DNA of 64,000 nucleotides from an uncultured delta proteobacterium. Its GTDB lineage: Bacteria; Desulfobacterota; RBG-13-43-22. The position numbers and the translations under genes were made by a program. This document shows, piece after piece, positions 28,855 to 39,160 of this stretch. The notes beneath the pieces are model-generated. The model did no database searches. It had not been told where the DNA came from and saw only the letters and a list, made by a program, of their open reading frames with translations. The stretch covers positions 32,001 through 96,000 of the forward strand of contig CAWJJC010000027.1 of assembly GCA_963843145.1 (NCBI GenBank), written 5' to 3'. Position 1 is the stretch's first letter. Each line of letters begins with the position of its first letter.

Positions 28855-29781
28855 ATGAGGATTTTTGAAGACATTACCCGGACGATCGGAAACACCCCTC
28901 TGGTTAAACTGCGGCGCGTAACCAGGGGTTGCCTGGCCGAGGTGGTCGGGAAACTGGAGTCCTTTAACCCCTTAAGCTGCGTCAAGGAACGGATCGCCCT
29001 CTCTATGATTGAGGCCGGGGAAAAAGAAAATAGGATCGGTCCCCGGACGGTGATCATTGAGCCCACTTCCGGCAACACCGGAATCGGACTGGCCTGCGTC
29101 TGCGCCTCCCGAGGATATCGGTTGATCCTGGCCATGCCCGAGACCATGAGCATCGAAAGGCGCAAGCTGTTTAAGCTGATGGGTGCGGAAATGGTCTTAA
29201 CCCCGGGGGCCGAGGGGATGCGAGGCGCCATTCAGCGGGCCCAGGAATTGGCCCAAGAATATCCGGATTCTTTTATCCCGCAGCAGTTTCAAAACCCCCA
29301 TAATCCTGAAGCCCATCGCCTGACCACCGCCCGGGAAATTTGGGACGATACGGAGGGACAGGTGGACATCCTGGTCGCCGGGGTGGGAACCGGGGGCACC
29401 ATTACCGGGGTGGCTGAGGTCCTCAAGGCCCGCAAGCCTTCTTTTCGGGCCATTGCCGTGGAACCTCGGGATTCACCGGTTTTATCGGGGGGAAAGCCCG
29501 GCCCCCATAAGATCCAGGGCATCGGGGCCGGTTTCATCCCGGAGGTCTTAAACCTTAACCTGGTCGATGAAATCATCCCGGTCGGCAATGACGAGGCCCT
29601 GGAAACCACTCGCCGCCTGGCCCGGGAGGAAGGGATCGTCTGCGGGATATCCTCGGGAGCGGCTCTCTGGGCGGCCCTGGAAGTGGCCCGGAGGCCGGAA
29701 AACCGGGGCCGGTTGATCGTGGTGATTTTTCCGGATACGGGTGAACGCTACCTGAGCACCGCCTTAGCCGAAATGGATTGA
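28855..29781 (+). CDS. cysK: Cysteine synthase A
   Basis: [33 protein letters not shown] and DTGERYLST. Confidence 0.95.
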   Translation: MRIFEDITRTIGNTPLVKLRRVTRGCLAEVVGKLESFNPLSCVKERIALSMIEAGEKENRIGPRTVIIEPTSGNTGIGLACVCASRGYRLILAMPETMSIERRKLFKLMGAEMVLTPGAEGMRGAIQRAQELAQEYPDSFIPQQFQNPHNPEAHRLTTAREIWDDTEGQVDILVAGVGTGGTITGVAEVLKARKPSFRAIAVEPRDSPVLSGGKPGPHKIQGIGAGFIPEVLNLNLVDEIIPVGNDEALETTRRLAREEGIVCGISSGAALWAALEVARRPENRGRLIVVIFPDTGERYLSTALAEMD

Positions 29782-29816
29782 CCACACACTTATAGAACAC
29801 AGGTACAACATAATAC

Positions 29817-30006
29817 GTCATTCCCGCAGCGCTTCTGAGCGGGAATCCAGGCTTTTTTCAGGGAATCTTGGATCCCCGATGCAGACATTCGGGGATGACA
29901 AAAATGCTTGCCTTGGTCATTCTGAGGAACGAAGAGACGAAGAATCTCAGCCCTGGTGCCTTGAAAGGGAGAGATTCTTCACTCCCGTTAGTCGTTCAGA
30001 ATGACA
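29817..30006. repeat. Two tandem palindromic REP/RPE-like elements
   Basis: gtcattcccg...cggggatgac (29817-29899) and gtcattctga...tcagaatgac (29916-30005). Confidence 0.8.
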
Positions 30007-30055
30007 GAAAGAAGGACAGCCGGAAAGGCTGAATTCATTCCAAAAAAGGAAAACC

Positions 30056-32149
30056 GTGGAGAAATTCTTCTACCCCAAAAGCGTGGCTGTGATCGGGGTT
30101 TCCAACACACCGGACAACCTGGGCAAAAACATCGTCAACAATCTGATGGAATTCCAATTCTCCGGGGAAATCCATTCGGTAGGAACCAAAGGCGGGGTCC
30201 TGTTCGGCCAAAGAATCTATGCCGAAATCAACCAGATTCCAGGGGAGATCGACCTGGCCGTTATTCTCACCCCGGCCCCAACCGTCCCTAACCTCCTCGA
30301 TCAATGCGGCCGGAAGGGCATTCGCCATGCGATCATTGAATCCGGTGGGTTCCGAGAGTTTTCCCAGGAACGGACCCGACTGGAAGGAGAAATCCTGGAA
30401 GTAGCCCGGAAGCATCACCTTCGGTTTATCGGTCCCAACGGGATTGGCAACATCAACATGGAAAACGGCCTTTGCCTGCCCTTTATGCATTTAAACCGGG
30501 AAATGCGATTGGGCCACATTTCCATCTTGGCCCAAAGCGGTGGAGTAGGCTTGAGTTATCTCGGGTTCTTGGCCAGTGAGAATATCGGGGTCAACAAGTT
30601 TGTCAGTATGGGCAACAAACTCAACGTCGATGAAAACGACCTGCTGGAATACCTGATCCAGGATTCGGGAACCGAGGTGATTTGCCTATACCTGGAGGGG
30701 TTGAGCGATGGACGCCGGCTGATGGAATTGATCAGCGCTTCCCCCAAACCGGTGCTCATTCACAAATCCAATACCGGACCCAGCAGCGCCCGGATCGCCT
30801 TTTCCCATACAGCCGCCATGCTCTCGGATAATAAAGTGGTGGACGCCGCCTTCCAACAAGCCGGGGCTATTCGGGTGCAGGATTTTGAGGAGGTCATTAA
30901 TACCCTAAAAATCTTGACCTTGCCCCGATTGCGGGGCAATCGTTTGGCCGTTATTTCCCGCTCCGGGGGCCACGCCGTGGTGGCGGCCGACGCCTGTTCC
31001 AAATATGGATTCCACCTGCCGGCCTTCCCCCGAATTTTTTTGGAGGAATTCGAGAAACATTTTCGGGCCAGCGTGATCACCTTGTCCAATCCCTTGGATT
31101 TGGGCGACCTCTTCGATCTGCCCGTGTATGTGCAGATCATGGAGGAGACCCTGAAGCGAGAGGATATCGACGGCGCCCTGCTGATCCATGGGTATCGGGC
31201 CGAACAGGAAAAAGAGGATTCCCGGAAGATGATCCAGAAGGCGGAAGAGTTGAGTCTTCGATTTCAAAAACCGGTGGCGGTCTGCATTTTTGCGGAAGAC
31301 CTGGAAATTTCCTACCTGAAAAAACACTATACCATGCCGATCTTTTTGTCTCCCGAAAAGGCGACCCAGGCCCTGCACCTCTCCTTGCGCTTCACCCGAC
31401 AAAAAGTACAGGGGTTAAAAGCCGAACCGGGAGAGCGGACAGTCGACCGGGAAGCCGTAGCCGTCTTATTGAAACGGGCGCAGGAGGCCGGGCGGCCCCT
31501 TTATCTTTACGAGGGACTGGAGGTTTTGGAGCACTACGGTTTTCCGGTCATTCCCCGGGCCTGTGCCCGCTCGCTGGAACAGACCTTGGATCAAGGAGAG
31601 CGACTGGGCTACCCCCTGGCCCTTAAGCTGGCCATCCCCTATGTGGCCCATAAGTATGATGTGGGCGGGGTTCATTTAAATCTGAAGGGCCCGGAGGACC
31701 TCAAACAGGCCTACTATCAACTCCAAGACCTGGCCTTGAAAGAGCCGGCCGTCCACGAGGGTTTCACCGTGGTCCTGCAAAAAATGTCCCCTCGGGGGCG
31801 GGAGATCATCCTCGGCGGCAAACAGGACAGCAGCTTCGGACCGGTCATCGCCTTCGGTATCGGCGGGCTTTATGTGGAAGTGATCGGCGACGTGGTGCTG
31901 CGGGTGGCCCCGATCAATCGCACCGAGGCGCGATCCATGCTCGCGGAAATCAAGGGTATAAAATTGCTCCAGGGCGTGCGCGGTCAAAAGAATTCCGACC
32001 TCGATACTATTGTGGAGGCGATAGTCCGACTTTCGGACCTGCTCACGGACTTTCCCCAAATTGCCGAAATCGATATCAATCCCCTTATGGTTTATGAAGC
32101 TGGAAGCGGGGGCCAAGTCTTGGATGCCCGCATGGTCTTGGAAAAATAG
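30056..32149 (+). CDS. Acyl/acetate-CoA ligase (ADP-forming), fused alpha/beta
   Basis: PKSVAVIG, IGPN, QSGG, SHTA (phospho-His), NPLD and ATP-grasp EIDINPL. Confidence 0.9.
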   Translation: MEKFFYPKSVAVIGVSNTPDNLGKNIVNNLMEFQFSGEIHSVGTKGGVLFGQRIYAEINQIPGEIDLAVILTPAPTVPNLLDQCGRKGIRHAIIESGGFREFSQERTRLEGEILEVARKHHLRFIGPNGIGNINMENGLCLPFMHLNREMRLGHISILAQSGGVGLSYLGFLASENIGVNKFVSMGNKLNVDENDLLEYLIQDSGTEVICLYLEGLSDGRRLMELISASPKPVLIHKSNTGPSSARIAFSHTAAMLSDNKVVDAAFQQAGAIRVQDFEEVINTLKILTLPRLRGNRLAVISRSGGHAVVAADACSKYGFHLPAFPRIFLEEFEKHFRASVITLSNPLDLGDLFDLPVYVQIMEETLKREDIDGALLIHGYRAEQEKEDSRKMIQKAEELSLRFQKPVAVCIFAEDLEISYLKKHYTMPIFLSPEKATQALHLSLRFTRQKVQGLKAEPGERTVDREAVAVLLKRAQEAGRPLYLYEGLEVLEHYGFPVIPRACARSLEQTLDQGERLGYPLALKLAIPYVAHKYDVGGVHLNLKGPEDLKQAYYQLQDLALKEPAVHEGFTVVLQKMSPRGREIILGGKQDSSFGPVIAFGIGGLYVEVIGDVVLRVAPINRTEARSMLAEIKGIKLLQGVRGQKNSDLDTIVEAIVRLSDLLTDFPQIAEIDINPLMVYEAGSGGQVLDARMVLEK

Positions 32150-32266
32150 GGTTGGGTAGAGTGGAACGAAATTCAACAAAAGACATGGCAGCTACCTGAC
32201 GGACCCCTGAAAATTTGAACATCGAACATCGAACGTCCAACATCGAACATCAAATGTGGGAGGTGC

Positions 32267-34456
32267 ATGCCCCTGCCCCCCGAAAGAAACAGCGTCAGCC
32301 TCGAAGGTCATGTGGAACGGATCACCTACAACGACCAGGATAGCCACTTCACCATTGCCAAGCTGAAGTTGAAAGGCCAGCGGGAGCTGGTCACCGTAAT
32401 CGGCAATCTGATGTCGGTCGGTCTGGGGGAACGATTAAAAATTCAGGGGGTATATGAACGCCACCCCAAGTACGGACTGCAGGTGCGGGTGGAAAGCTAT
32501 GAATCGCTGGCCCCGGCCACGGAGATTGGTATTGAGAGGTATCTGGGTTCCGGTTTGATCAAAGGGATAGGACCGGAAATGGCTAAACGCATCGTCGGTC
32601 GTTTTGGTCTCAAGACCCTGGAGATTCTTGATAAAAACCCCGGACAATTGTCCCTGGTGGGGGGGATTGGGCCCAAAAGGGTTGCCCAGCTCAAAAAGTC
32701 CTGGGAAGCGCAAAAAGACGTCCGCCAGATCATGATTTTTTTGCAGGGACATGGGATCACCACCGGGCTGGCCTCCAAGATATTCAAACATTATGGACGA
32801 GAGGCCATCACCCGGATCCAGGAAAATCCCTTTGATCTGGCCGGAGACCTCTTCGGGGTCGGGTTCATTACCGCCGACCGCTTGGCGGAAAAACTGGGGA
32901 TGGCCAGGGAGGCTCCGCAAAGAGTGGAAGCCGGGATAGCCTATCTGTTACAGCAGAAGGCGGAAGAAGGCCATACCGGCTATCCCGAGGAGGACCTGGT
33001 TCGACAGGCCGCCGAACTGCTGAAAGTCGAGGCTGACCGGGTTGACCGGGCGCTAAAAGACTTGCTTAAGCGGCAGCAGCTCCGAATAAGGCCGGATCCG
33101 GAAGGGCCGTCGCTCATTTTTTTACCCTATTTGAGTCATTGTGAGGAGGGCCTGGCCCGTCGAATCGAGGAGTTTTTGTCTCAAAAACTTCGTCTGCCGG
33201 GCGGTCGGATCCGACAAGCGGCGGGGGTGGAGCAATCGCTCGGACTCCACCTGGCCGGCCGGCAGGAGGAGGCCTTCGAAAAAGCCCTGACCCAAAAACT
33301 GCTGATCATCACCGGAGGGCCGGGAACCGGGAAAACCACTCTGGTGCGATCGATCCTGGAGGCTTTCCGGCGATCTGAGCTGAAAAGCATTTTGATGGCC
33401 CCCACGGGACGGGCAGCCAAAAGGCTCTCCGAGGTTACGCACTACCCGGCCGCCACCATCCACCGCACCCTGGGCTACAGCCCCCGCCAAAAATGCTTTA
33501 CCAGAGACAGAAGCCATCCCCTGGAAGCGGATCTGATCATCGTCGATGAAGCCTCGATGATCGATACGGTCCTGATGTATCACCTGCTCAAGGCCGTACC
33601 GGATCGGGCGGTGCTGATCCTGGTGGGAGACGTTTACCAGTTGCCCTCGGTCGGCCCGGGTCAGGTCCTGGCCGATTTGATCGAATCCCGTCGGATCCCG
33701 GTGGTGGAATTGGACCATATTTTCCGCCAGGCCGAAGGCAGCCTGATCGTCGCCAATGCCCATCGCATCCACCAGGGAGAGCTGCCGCTGATTCCGGCGG
33801 AAACGCGGGAAAAAGATCAGGAATTCTATTTCATTCACCAGGAGGACCCGGAAAAGGCGGCCCGCTGGATCCTGGAACTGGTGGGAAAAAAAATTCCGGA
33901 CCGTTATGCCCTGGATCCTTTCGGAGAAATTCAGGTGCTGACGCCCATGTACAAGGGGGCCGTAGGCGCCGAATATTTGAATCACTTGCTGCAGGAGGGC
34001 TTAAATCCCGGAACGGTGGGGCTACAGCGGGGGCCCCGCTTCTATAAGGTAGGCGACAAGGTGATGCAGGTGCGCAATAATTACGACCGGGAGGTCTTTA
34101 ACGGGGATCTGGGAAGGATCGCCAAGATCGATCAGGCACAGCAGGAGATCATGGTGAATTTTGAAGGCCAGTTCGTAACCTATGATTTCAGCGACCTGGA
34201 CGAATTGACCTTGGCCTATGCCATCTCCGTTCATAAATCTCAGGGGAGTGAATATCCGGCCGTCGTCCTGCCGGTAATGACCCAGCATTATATCCTGCTG
34301 CAGCGGAACCTGATCTACACCGCCGTTACCCGGGCCAAACGCTTGATCGTCCTCATCGGCACCAAGAAGGCCCTGGCCATGGGCATCCGAAACAACAAAA
34401 CCCAGGCCCGTCATACCGCCCTCCGGGAACGGTTAAGCCGGGGGGCTGATGGTTAA
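32267..34456 (+). CDS. recD2: ATP-dependent RecD2-like DNA helicase
   Basis: HhH GIG motifs, GGPGTGKT, DEASM, QLPSVG and HKSQGSE. Confidence 0.93.
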   Translation: MPLPPERNSVSLEGHVERITYNDQDSHFTIAKLKLKGQRELVTVIGNLMSVGLGERLKIQGVYERHPKYGLQVRVESYESLAPATEIGIERYLGSGLIKGIGPEMAKRIVGRFGLKTLEILDKNPGQLSLVGGIGPKRVAQLKKSWEAQKDVRQIMIFLQGHGITTGLASKIFKHYGREAITRIQENPFDLAGDLFGVGFITADRLAEKLGMAREAPQRVEAGIAYLLQQKAEEGHTGYPEEDLVRQAAELLKVEADRVDRALKDLLKRQQLRIRPDPEGPSLIFLPYLSHCEEGLARRIEEFLSQKLRLPGGRIRQAAGVEQSLGLHLAGRQEEAFEKALTQKLLIITGGPGTGKTTLVRSILEAFRRSELKSILMAPTGRAAKRLSEVTHYPAATIHRTLGYSPRQKCFTRDRSHPLEADLIIVDEASMIDTVLMYHLLKAVPDRAVLILVGDVYQLPSVGPGQVLADLIESRRIPVVELDHIFRQAEGSLIVANAHRIHQGELPLIPAETREKDQEFYFIHQEDPEKAARWILELVGKKIPDRYALDPFGEIQVLTPMYKGAVGAEYLNHLLQEGLNPGTVGLQRGPRFYKVGDKVMQVRNNYDREVFNGDLGRIAKIDQAQQEIMVNFEGQFVTYDFSDLDELTLAYAISVHKSQGSEYPAVVLPVMTQHYILLQRNLIYTAVTRAKRLIVLIGTKKALAMGIRNNKTQARHTALRERLSRGADG

Positions 34457-34509
34457 TACGAAAATAGACCCTTTGACCAGAAACACGGCCAATAATCAAT
34501 AATCATCAC

Positions 34510-34583
34510 CGTAGCCTTACCTTGGAGGTGTAGGGAAGCTTATTCCTCACTCCACCGGCCGGCGGGGTCGCCGGCCCTACGAA
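34510..34583. repeat. Dispersed REP-like element (partial copy)
   Basis: cgtagccttaccttgga...ggccggcggggtcgccggccctacgaa, also at 39087-39160. Confidence 0.8.
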
Positions 34584-34785
34584 GACAAATACTTGGAATA
34601 TTCTTATGCTTCGGGGTGCCTCCCCCGGGCATGAGGGATAATCTATGATTTTATCTCTTACGATCTGACCCCGGAAAAGTTTTCTATCGTAGCCATAATG
34701 GCGAACTCCCGCCTAGGCGATCGAAGAATGGTGAATCTCCTTTTAGAACCAATGTACCTTATAACCGTTGGGCTCATGGCCAGTC

Positions 34786-34814
34786 TTGACGTACGACATA
34801 ATGTGATGTATAAT
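34786..34814 (+). promoter_or_regulatory. sigma70-type promoter of vapBC
   Basis: TTGACG-N17-TATAAT with a short palindrome acat-a-atgt in the spacer. Confidence 0.7.
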
Positions 34815-34846
34815 AATCTAAAAATATATGCAAATTGGAGCATACA

Positions 34847-35065
34847 ATGAGGACTACTATCAATGTCAAAGATGATCTTTTAGATGCGCTCATGGAGCGC
34901 ACTCAGATTCGAAGCAAAACTAAGGCCATCGAAAAGGCAATTCATGAATATTTGGAAAAAAAAGCCATCGAAGACCTGATTGCTTTGAGCGGACAAATTC
35001 ACATTGACTTGGATTGGCAAAAAGAAGAGGAAAGGGAACTTAATGAATACCGGGATCGTGGTTGA
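34847..35065 (+). CDS. vapB: VapB-type antitoxin
   Basis: MRTTINVKDDLL ribbon-helix-helix start; overlaps the PIN gene. Confidence 0.85.
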   Translation: MRTTINVKDDLLDALMERTQIRSKTKAIEKAIHEYLEKKAIEDLIALSGQIHIDLDWQKEEERELNEYRDRG

Positions 35066-35444
35066 CACTTCGGTCTGGATTGATTTTTTCAACCAACCCC
35101 ATTCATCGGTTACCCTTCATCTGCAGACCTTGCTCCGAAATCGCCAGGTGGTTTTAGTGGGGATGGTCCTGGCAGAGATTCTGCAGGGGATAAGAAATCC
35201 GGAAGAAGCCAGGCGGGTCCGGGAAAGTCTAGAACCCTTGCCTTTCCTGGAAACCACCCGGGAAATATGGCAAAAGGCCGGAGAGCTTTCGGCCCAATTG
35301 CGGCGAAAAGGATTAACCCTCCCCCTTTCCGACCTGATAATTGCTGCCACGGCCCTCCAGAAGGAGGTTGCGGTGTTTACCTTGGACCCGCATTTTAAGA
35401 AAGTCCCGGCTTTGAAATTGTATGTACCCCCCAAGGCGGGTTAA
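35043..35444 (+). CDS. vapC: VapC PIN-domain toxin
   Basis: VVDTSVWIDF, E..G and D..IAATA...TLDPHF. Confidence 0.9.
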   Translation: MNTGIVVDTSVWIDFFNQPHSSVTLHLQTLLRNRQVVLVGMVLAEILQGIRNPEEARRVRESLEPLPFLETTREIWQKAGELSAQLRRKGLTLPLSDLIIAATALQKEVAVFTLDPHFKKVPALKLYVPPKAG

Positions 35445-35676
35445 TCCAGGCTCTATCCCGCCTCTGAGATCAGGCCAATGAGAGGTCATGGCCGCCCGCC
35501 CTTCTAAGGCATCAAATCCTTCAACACCAGCGGCAAATGGATAGTGTAGCTGTTGGATATCGTGACCACGAACACGCCGCCGCCATATGTTCCCGCATAG
35601 AGGGTGTCCAAATGAACGGCCTGAGCCCTTTGACTTCGCCTCCCCAGGCGGCTGGCGCGGATAAATCTCCAAGCGG

Positions 35677-37194
35677 TCAAGGTTTTTTGAAATCGAAGCC
35701 CCGATAGCGGGAACAATGAACAATATGAAACGTTCGTAAGGGATACTTTCCGCGGTAGACAGTGAACGGTTCGAGCGATTCCACTTTTTCGAAAAAACGG
35801 CTTAAGAGATCGGAGCTTTCATAAGAATAATTTTCAAATGAACTCCAGACAAAAAGGGCATCCTTTCCCTTGAGCGGCGCCGGGTCGAACCAGAAATCGT
35901 AGGCCAGGGCCTTTTTACCCAAAGCCGTTTGGGCATACACGGGGGGATGTCCTTTCAATTCGAACCATAACTCCGAAGCCGTCTTATGCCCCCAGGCCAG
36001 GATAAAGGGCGGTTGGTCCGAACCGCTTTCCTTTTGGATCGTTTGTTGAACTTTCTGCAGGTGACCGGCCAACTCCCGCCAACCGGTCAGGGTGTCCATG
36101 GAGCCGGAAACCTTGATTTGAGGGACAAAGGGCCAGAGGTATAGGACAATAAAAAACACCCCCACCGTCACCCAGGTCCAGGCCGCCAGCCCCCGGTAGA
36201 CCCACTTCCAGGAGAAGGTTCTTTCCTGGTAATAGTGCATCATCAGAATTATCAAGGGCAGGTACGCCGGAATCAGCCAGTTTATCTTGACCCATTCCCG
36301 CGTGGCCACCAGGGTGAACAGTCCGATCATGGGCAGGCTCAAGAATAAGAGGAAATTTTCCCTCCAGCCTGGCCGTTGGAAAATTCGTTTGACCGCTAGT
36401 CCCAAGGTGACCGCCATTCCGGCAAAGACCAGGGGCGTGAGGACACCCGCCTGGGAGGCCAGAAAGGCGCCCAACTCTCTGGGAGAAAATTTGCCCAGCT
36501 CCCGGGCACGGTCGGTGGACTGGAAGGCGAAGGAGGCCCAATCGTGGCCCGCATTCCAGAGGATGACCGGGGAAAAAATAAGCGCCGCCAGGACCCAGCC
36601 CCCATAGAGCTCCCAGCGTTTCAGGTGGCGCCGCTGGTCCGGAGTCAAAAGTAAAAAAAAGAGCAGGGAGGCCGGCAACAATACGGCCGTGTATTTCGAT
36701 AATAGGGCCAATCCCAGAGAAATTCCGGATAAAAGGTGATACCCGAAACGGTTTTTTTGGATCGCTCGCAGGGTCAGGAACGCGGACAGCGTCCAGAAAA
36801 ACACCAGGGGGACATCCGGGGTAATAATCAAAGCGTTTATGGCGTAAGAGGGCAGTAAGGCGGCTAGCACCCCGGCCCGGAATCCGACCCGAGAATCAAA
36901 CAGTTCTTTTCCCAGATAATAGGCCAGCAGGGAAAAACCAAAGGAGAAGAGCAGGGCGCTTATGCGAATGACCACCGCCTGATCGCCCAGGAAATGGGTG
37001 AAAACCCCGATGAGGTAAGCGGTCAGGGGAGGGTGATCAAAATAGCTCCAGGCCGGATGAAGGGAAAAGACCCAGTAATAGGCCTCCTGAGGACTCAGCG
37101 GCAGGAGGGCGGCCATTGCCAATCGCCCCCCCAGGACCAGGGTCAGCAGGAGGAGAAGCCTCTTCAGGTAGTACTGGTTTTCCGGTGTGGGCAT
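35677..37194 (-). CDS. ArnT/GT39-like membrane glycosyltransferase
   Basis: EAYYW, YFDHPP, PD and LSKY; multiple TM helices. Confidence 0.85.
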   Translation of the reverse strand: MPTPENQYYLKRLLLLLTLVLGGRLAMAALLPLSPQEAYYWVFSLHPAWSYFDHPPLTAYLIGVFTHFLGDQAVVIRISALLFSFGFSLLAYYLGKELFDSRVGFRAGVLAALLPSYAINALIITPDVPLVFFWTLSAFLTLRAIQKNRFGYHLLSGISLGLALLSKYTAVLLPASLLFFLLLTPDQRRHLKRWELYGGWVLAALIFSPVILWNAGHDWASFAFQSTDRARELGKFSPRELGAFLASQAGVLTPLVFAGMAVTLGLAVKRIFQRPGWRENFLLFLSLPMIGLFTLVATREWVKINWLIPAYLPLIILMMHYYQERTFSWKWVYRGLAAWTWVTVGVFFIVLYLWPFVPQIKVSGSMDTLTGWRELAGHLQKVQQTIQKESGSDQPPFILAWGHKTASELWFELKGHPPVYAQTALGKKALAYDFWFDPAPLKGKDALFVWSSFENYSYESSDLLSRFFEKVESLEPFTVYRGKYPLRTFHIVHCSRYRGFDFKKP

Positions 37195-37437
37195 CGGTCT
37201 TGGATGCTAATGGATCTTGAGCGGCGGTGCAACACAATTTGTGGCTTCACTCTTTAAGATGAAATATCCTATGGCTGTTTTTATACTGATTGAACGTCCA
37301 ACATCGAATGAAAAATATACCTCCATTACAACCTTCGATGTTGGACGTTCGATGTTTGATGTTCATATTTTTGTAAAATAACTTGCCTCATAGAAACAAG
37401 TGTAGAACCCTCTCCGATTCTGGTATAAACTCCAATC

Positions 37438-38193
37438 ATGGAATTGCCGGCGGCCGACAAAAAGATATTTAAAAAGTTGGGTCGCGCCATTCGTCACTAT
37501 GAATTGATCGATGGGGGAGAACGCATCGCCGTAGCGGTTTCCGGGGGAAAGGACAGCCTCTCCCTCTTATGGCTGCTGCGGGAACGTCTCCGTTGGATCC
37601 CCAAACCCTATGAACTGATCGCCGTTCATCTGGATATGGGTTTTTCCGGTACCCGACCCCAAGCGGTTGAAGCCTTCTGCCGGAGTCTGGAAATACCTTT
37701 CCATTTTGAACAGACCGATTATGGAATTCAAGCCCATGGTCCTGAAAACCGCGAGAACCCCTGTTTCCTTTGCGCCCGTCTGCGTCGCCGGCGCTTGTTT
37801 GAAATGGCCCATACCTTGGGCTGTTCCAAGCTGGCCTTGGGACATAACCAGGACGATATCATTGAAACCTTCTTCCTGAACATGTTTTTCGGAGGCCAAA
37901 TCAGTACCATGGTCCCCCGTCAAGTCCTGTTTCAGGGGGCTTTGACGCTGATCCGGCCGCTGACCCTGCTCGGGGAACGGGAGATCAAGGGGTTGGTCCA
38001 AAGACGGACCTGGCCGGAAATTATCAATCCCTGCCCCAGCGCCGGCCGGTCTTCCCGCGAGCAGCTCAAAAAAATGCTGACCGATGCCTACGTCCACAAC
38101 CCAAAGATCAAAGGCAATATTTTTAATGCCCTGAGTAATATCCGAACCGACTATTTGTTGCCGCCGATTCCGAGAGGAAAAAGGCGAACGTGA
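37438..38193 (+). CDS. ttcA: tRNA 2-thiocytidine biosynthesis protein TtcA
   Basis: SGGKDS PP-loop, CFLC, GHNQDD and IRPL. Confidence 0.88.
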   Translation: MELPAADKKIFKKLGRAIRHYELIDGGERIAVAVSGGKDSLSLLWLLRERLRWIPKPYELIAVHLDMGFSGTRPQAVEAFCRSLEIPFHFEQTDYGIQAHGPENRENPCFLCARLRRRRLFEMAHTLGCSKLALGHNQDDIIETFFLNMFFGGQISTMVPRQVLFQGALTLIRPLTLLGEREIKGLVQRRTWPEIINPCPSAGRSSREQLKKMLTDAYVHNPKIKGNIFNALSNIRTDYLLPPIPRGKRRT

Positions 38194-38206
38194 AAGGGAA
38201 TTTTAA

Positions 38207-38545
38207 TTGAAGTCTTCAAAAGACTCCTGGGAATTGGACCCGGAGGTAGAGCGGCTGCGGAAGATATTTAGTTTGCTGGAAGCCCGGCAGGCCGGGGTAT
38301 TGGTCCGCCTGGCCATCCCGGCCTTTGATCCCCGGGTTCGCCCGGCCCGGGAGCTCGCCCGGCGGCTCTGGGAACGGGCTTGGGCCCGAGCCCATTACCG
38401 GGGATCCGAGCTGAAGCAAACCCAGATCGCCGATCTTTATGAATACGCCCTCGTCCGGGCTTTTAAAGAACAAGGGGTCGGCCCTCCGATCCCCATGGAT
38501 TGGCCCGAAGACGATATCCGCGAGCTGCTGGAGGATGTTTTCTGA
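38207..38545 (+). CDS. Hypothetical protein
   Basis: ORF in apparent operon after ttcA. Confidence 0.6.
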   Translation: MKSSKDSWELDPEVERLRKIFSLLEARQAGVLVRLAIPAFDPRVRPARELARRLWERAWARAHYRGSELKQTQIADLYEYALVRAFKEQGVGPPIPMDWPEDDIRELLEDVF

Positions 38546-38880
38546 TGATTTATCTGCGACTCTTCGGGCGCTGCCGGATTTATCATGATCCTGTCAGCCC
38601 GGTTTTAGCTGCGCCGGCCCAGATCGGCTGGGAGGCCTGGTTTCGAACCATCGATCTGGTCACACCCCGTCGATTAAAGGGACGGGAATTGCTGGATCGC
38701 ACCCGGGGCTGGTGGACCGTCGAGCCCGACGAGGTGGCCGAAGTGGTAGCGCCCTTCGGACGCCTGGTGGTTGGGGAAAAAGGGGAGTTATTTGTTGAGT
38801 TGACGGACTAAGCCGTTGCGGAATCCCTGAAAAAGGCCCTGGCGGAACGATTTAAGGATCAGGTCCTGCTGGCGCCTTAA
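38545..38880 (+). CDS. Hypothetical protein with in-frame TAA at 38809-38811
   Basis: ATG overlaps the upstream stop; the frame continues after TAA as AVAESLKKALAERFKDQVLLAP. Confidence 0.55.
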
Positions 38881-39032
38881 GAGGTAAATAAACTCGGGCT
38901 ACAAAGTATTCATTAATAGTTAATAATGAACAATTGATTATTAATTATTAATGTCATCCGGTTAGGCTTAAATTTGCCCCTCTATTTTTAGACCTCGGGA
39001 TACCCGCCCGCGGGCGTGTTGGTTTAGTTTCT

Positions 39033-39160
39033 CGTAGGGGCGGCGACCCCGCCGCCCAACCCGGAGCCGGATTTAGCCACTGTCGTCGTAGCCTTACCTT
39101 GGATGTACTGCGAACCTTATCCCTCACCCAGATGGCCGGCGGGGTCGCCGGCCCTACGAA
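39033..39160. repeat. REP-like element with inverted GTAGGG arms
   Basis: cgtaggggcggcgaccccgccg ... cggcggggtcgccggccctacg. Confidence 0.8.
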
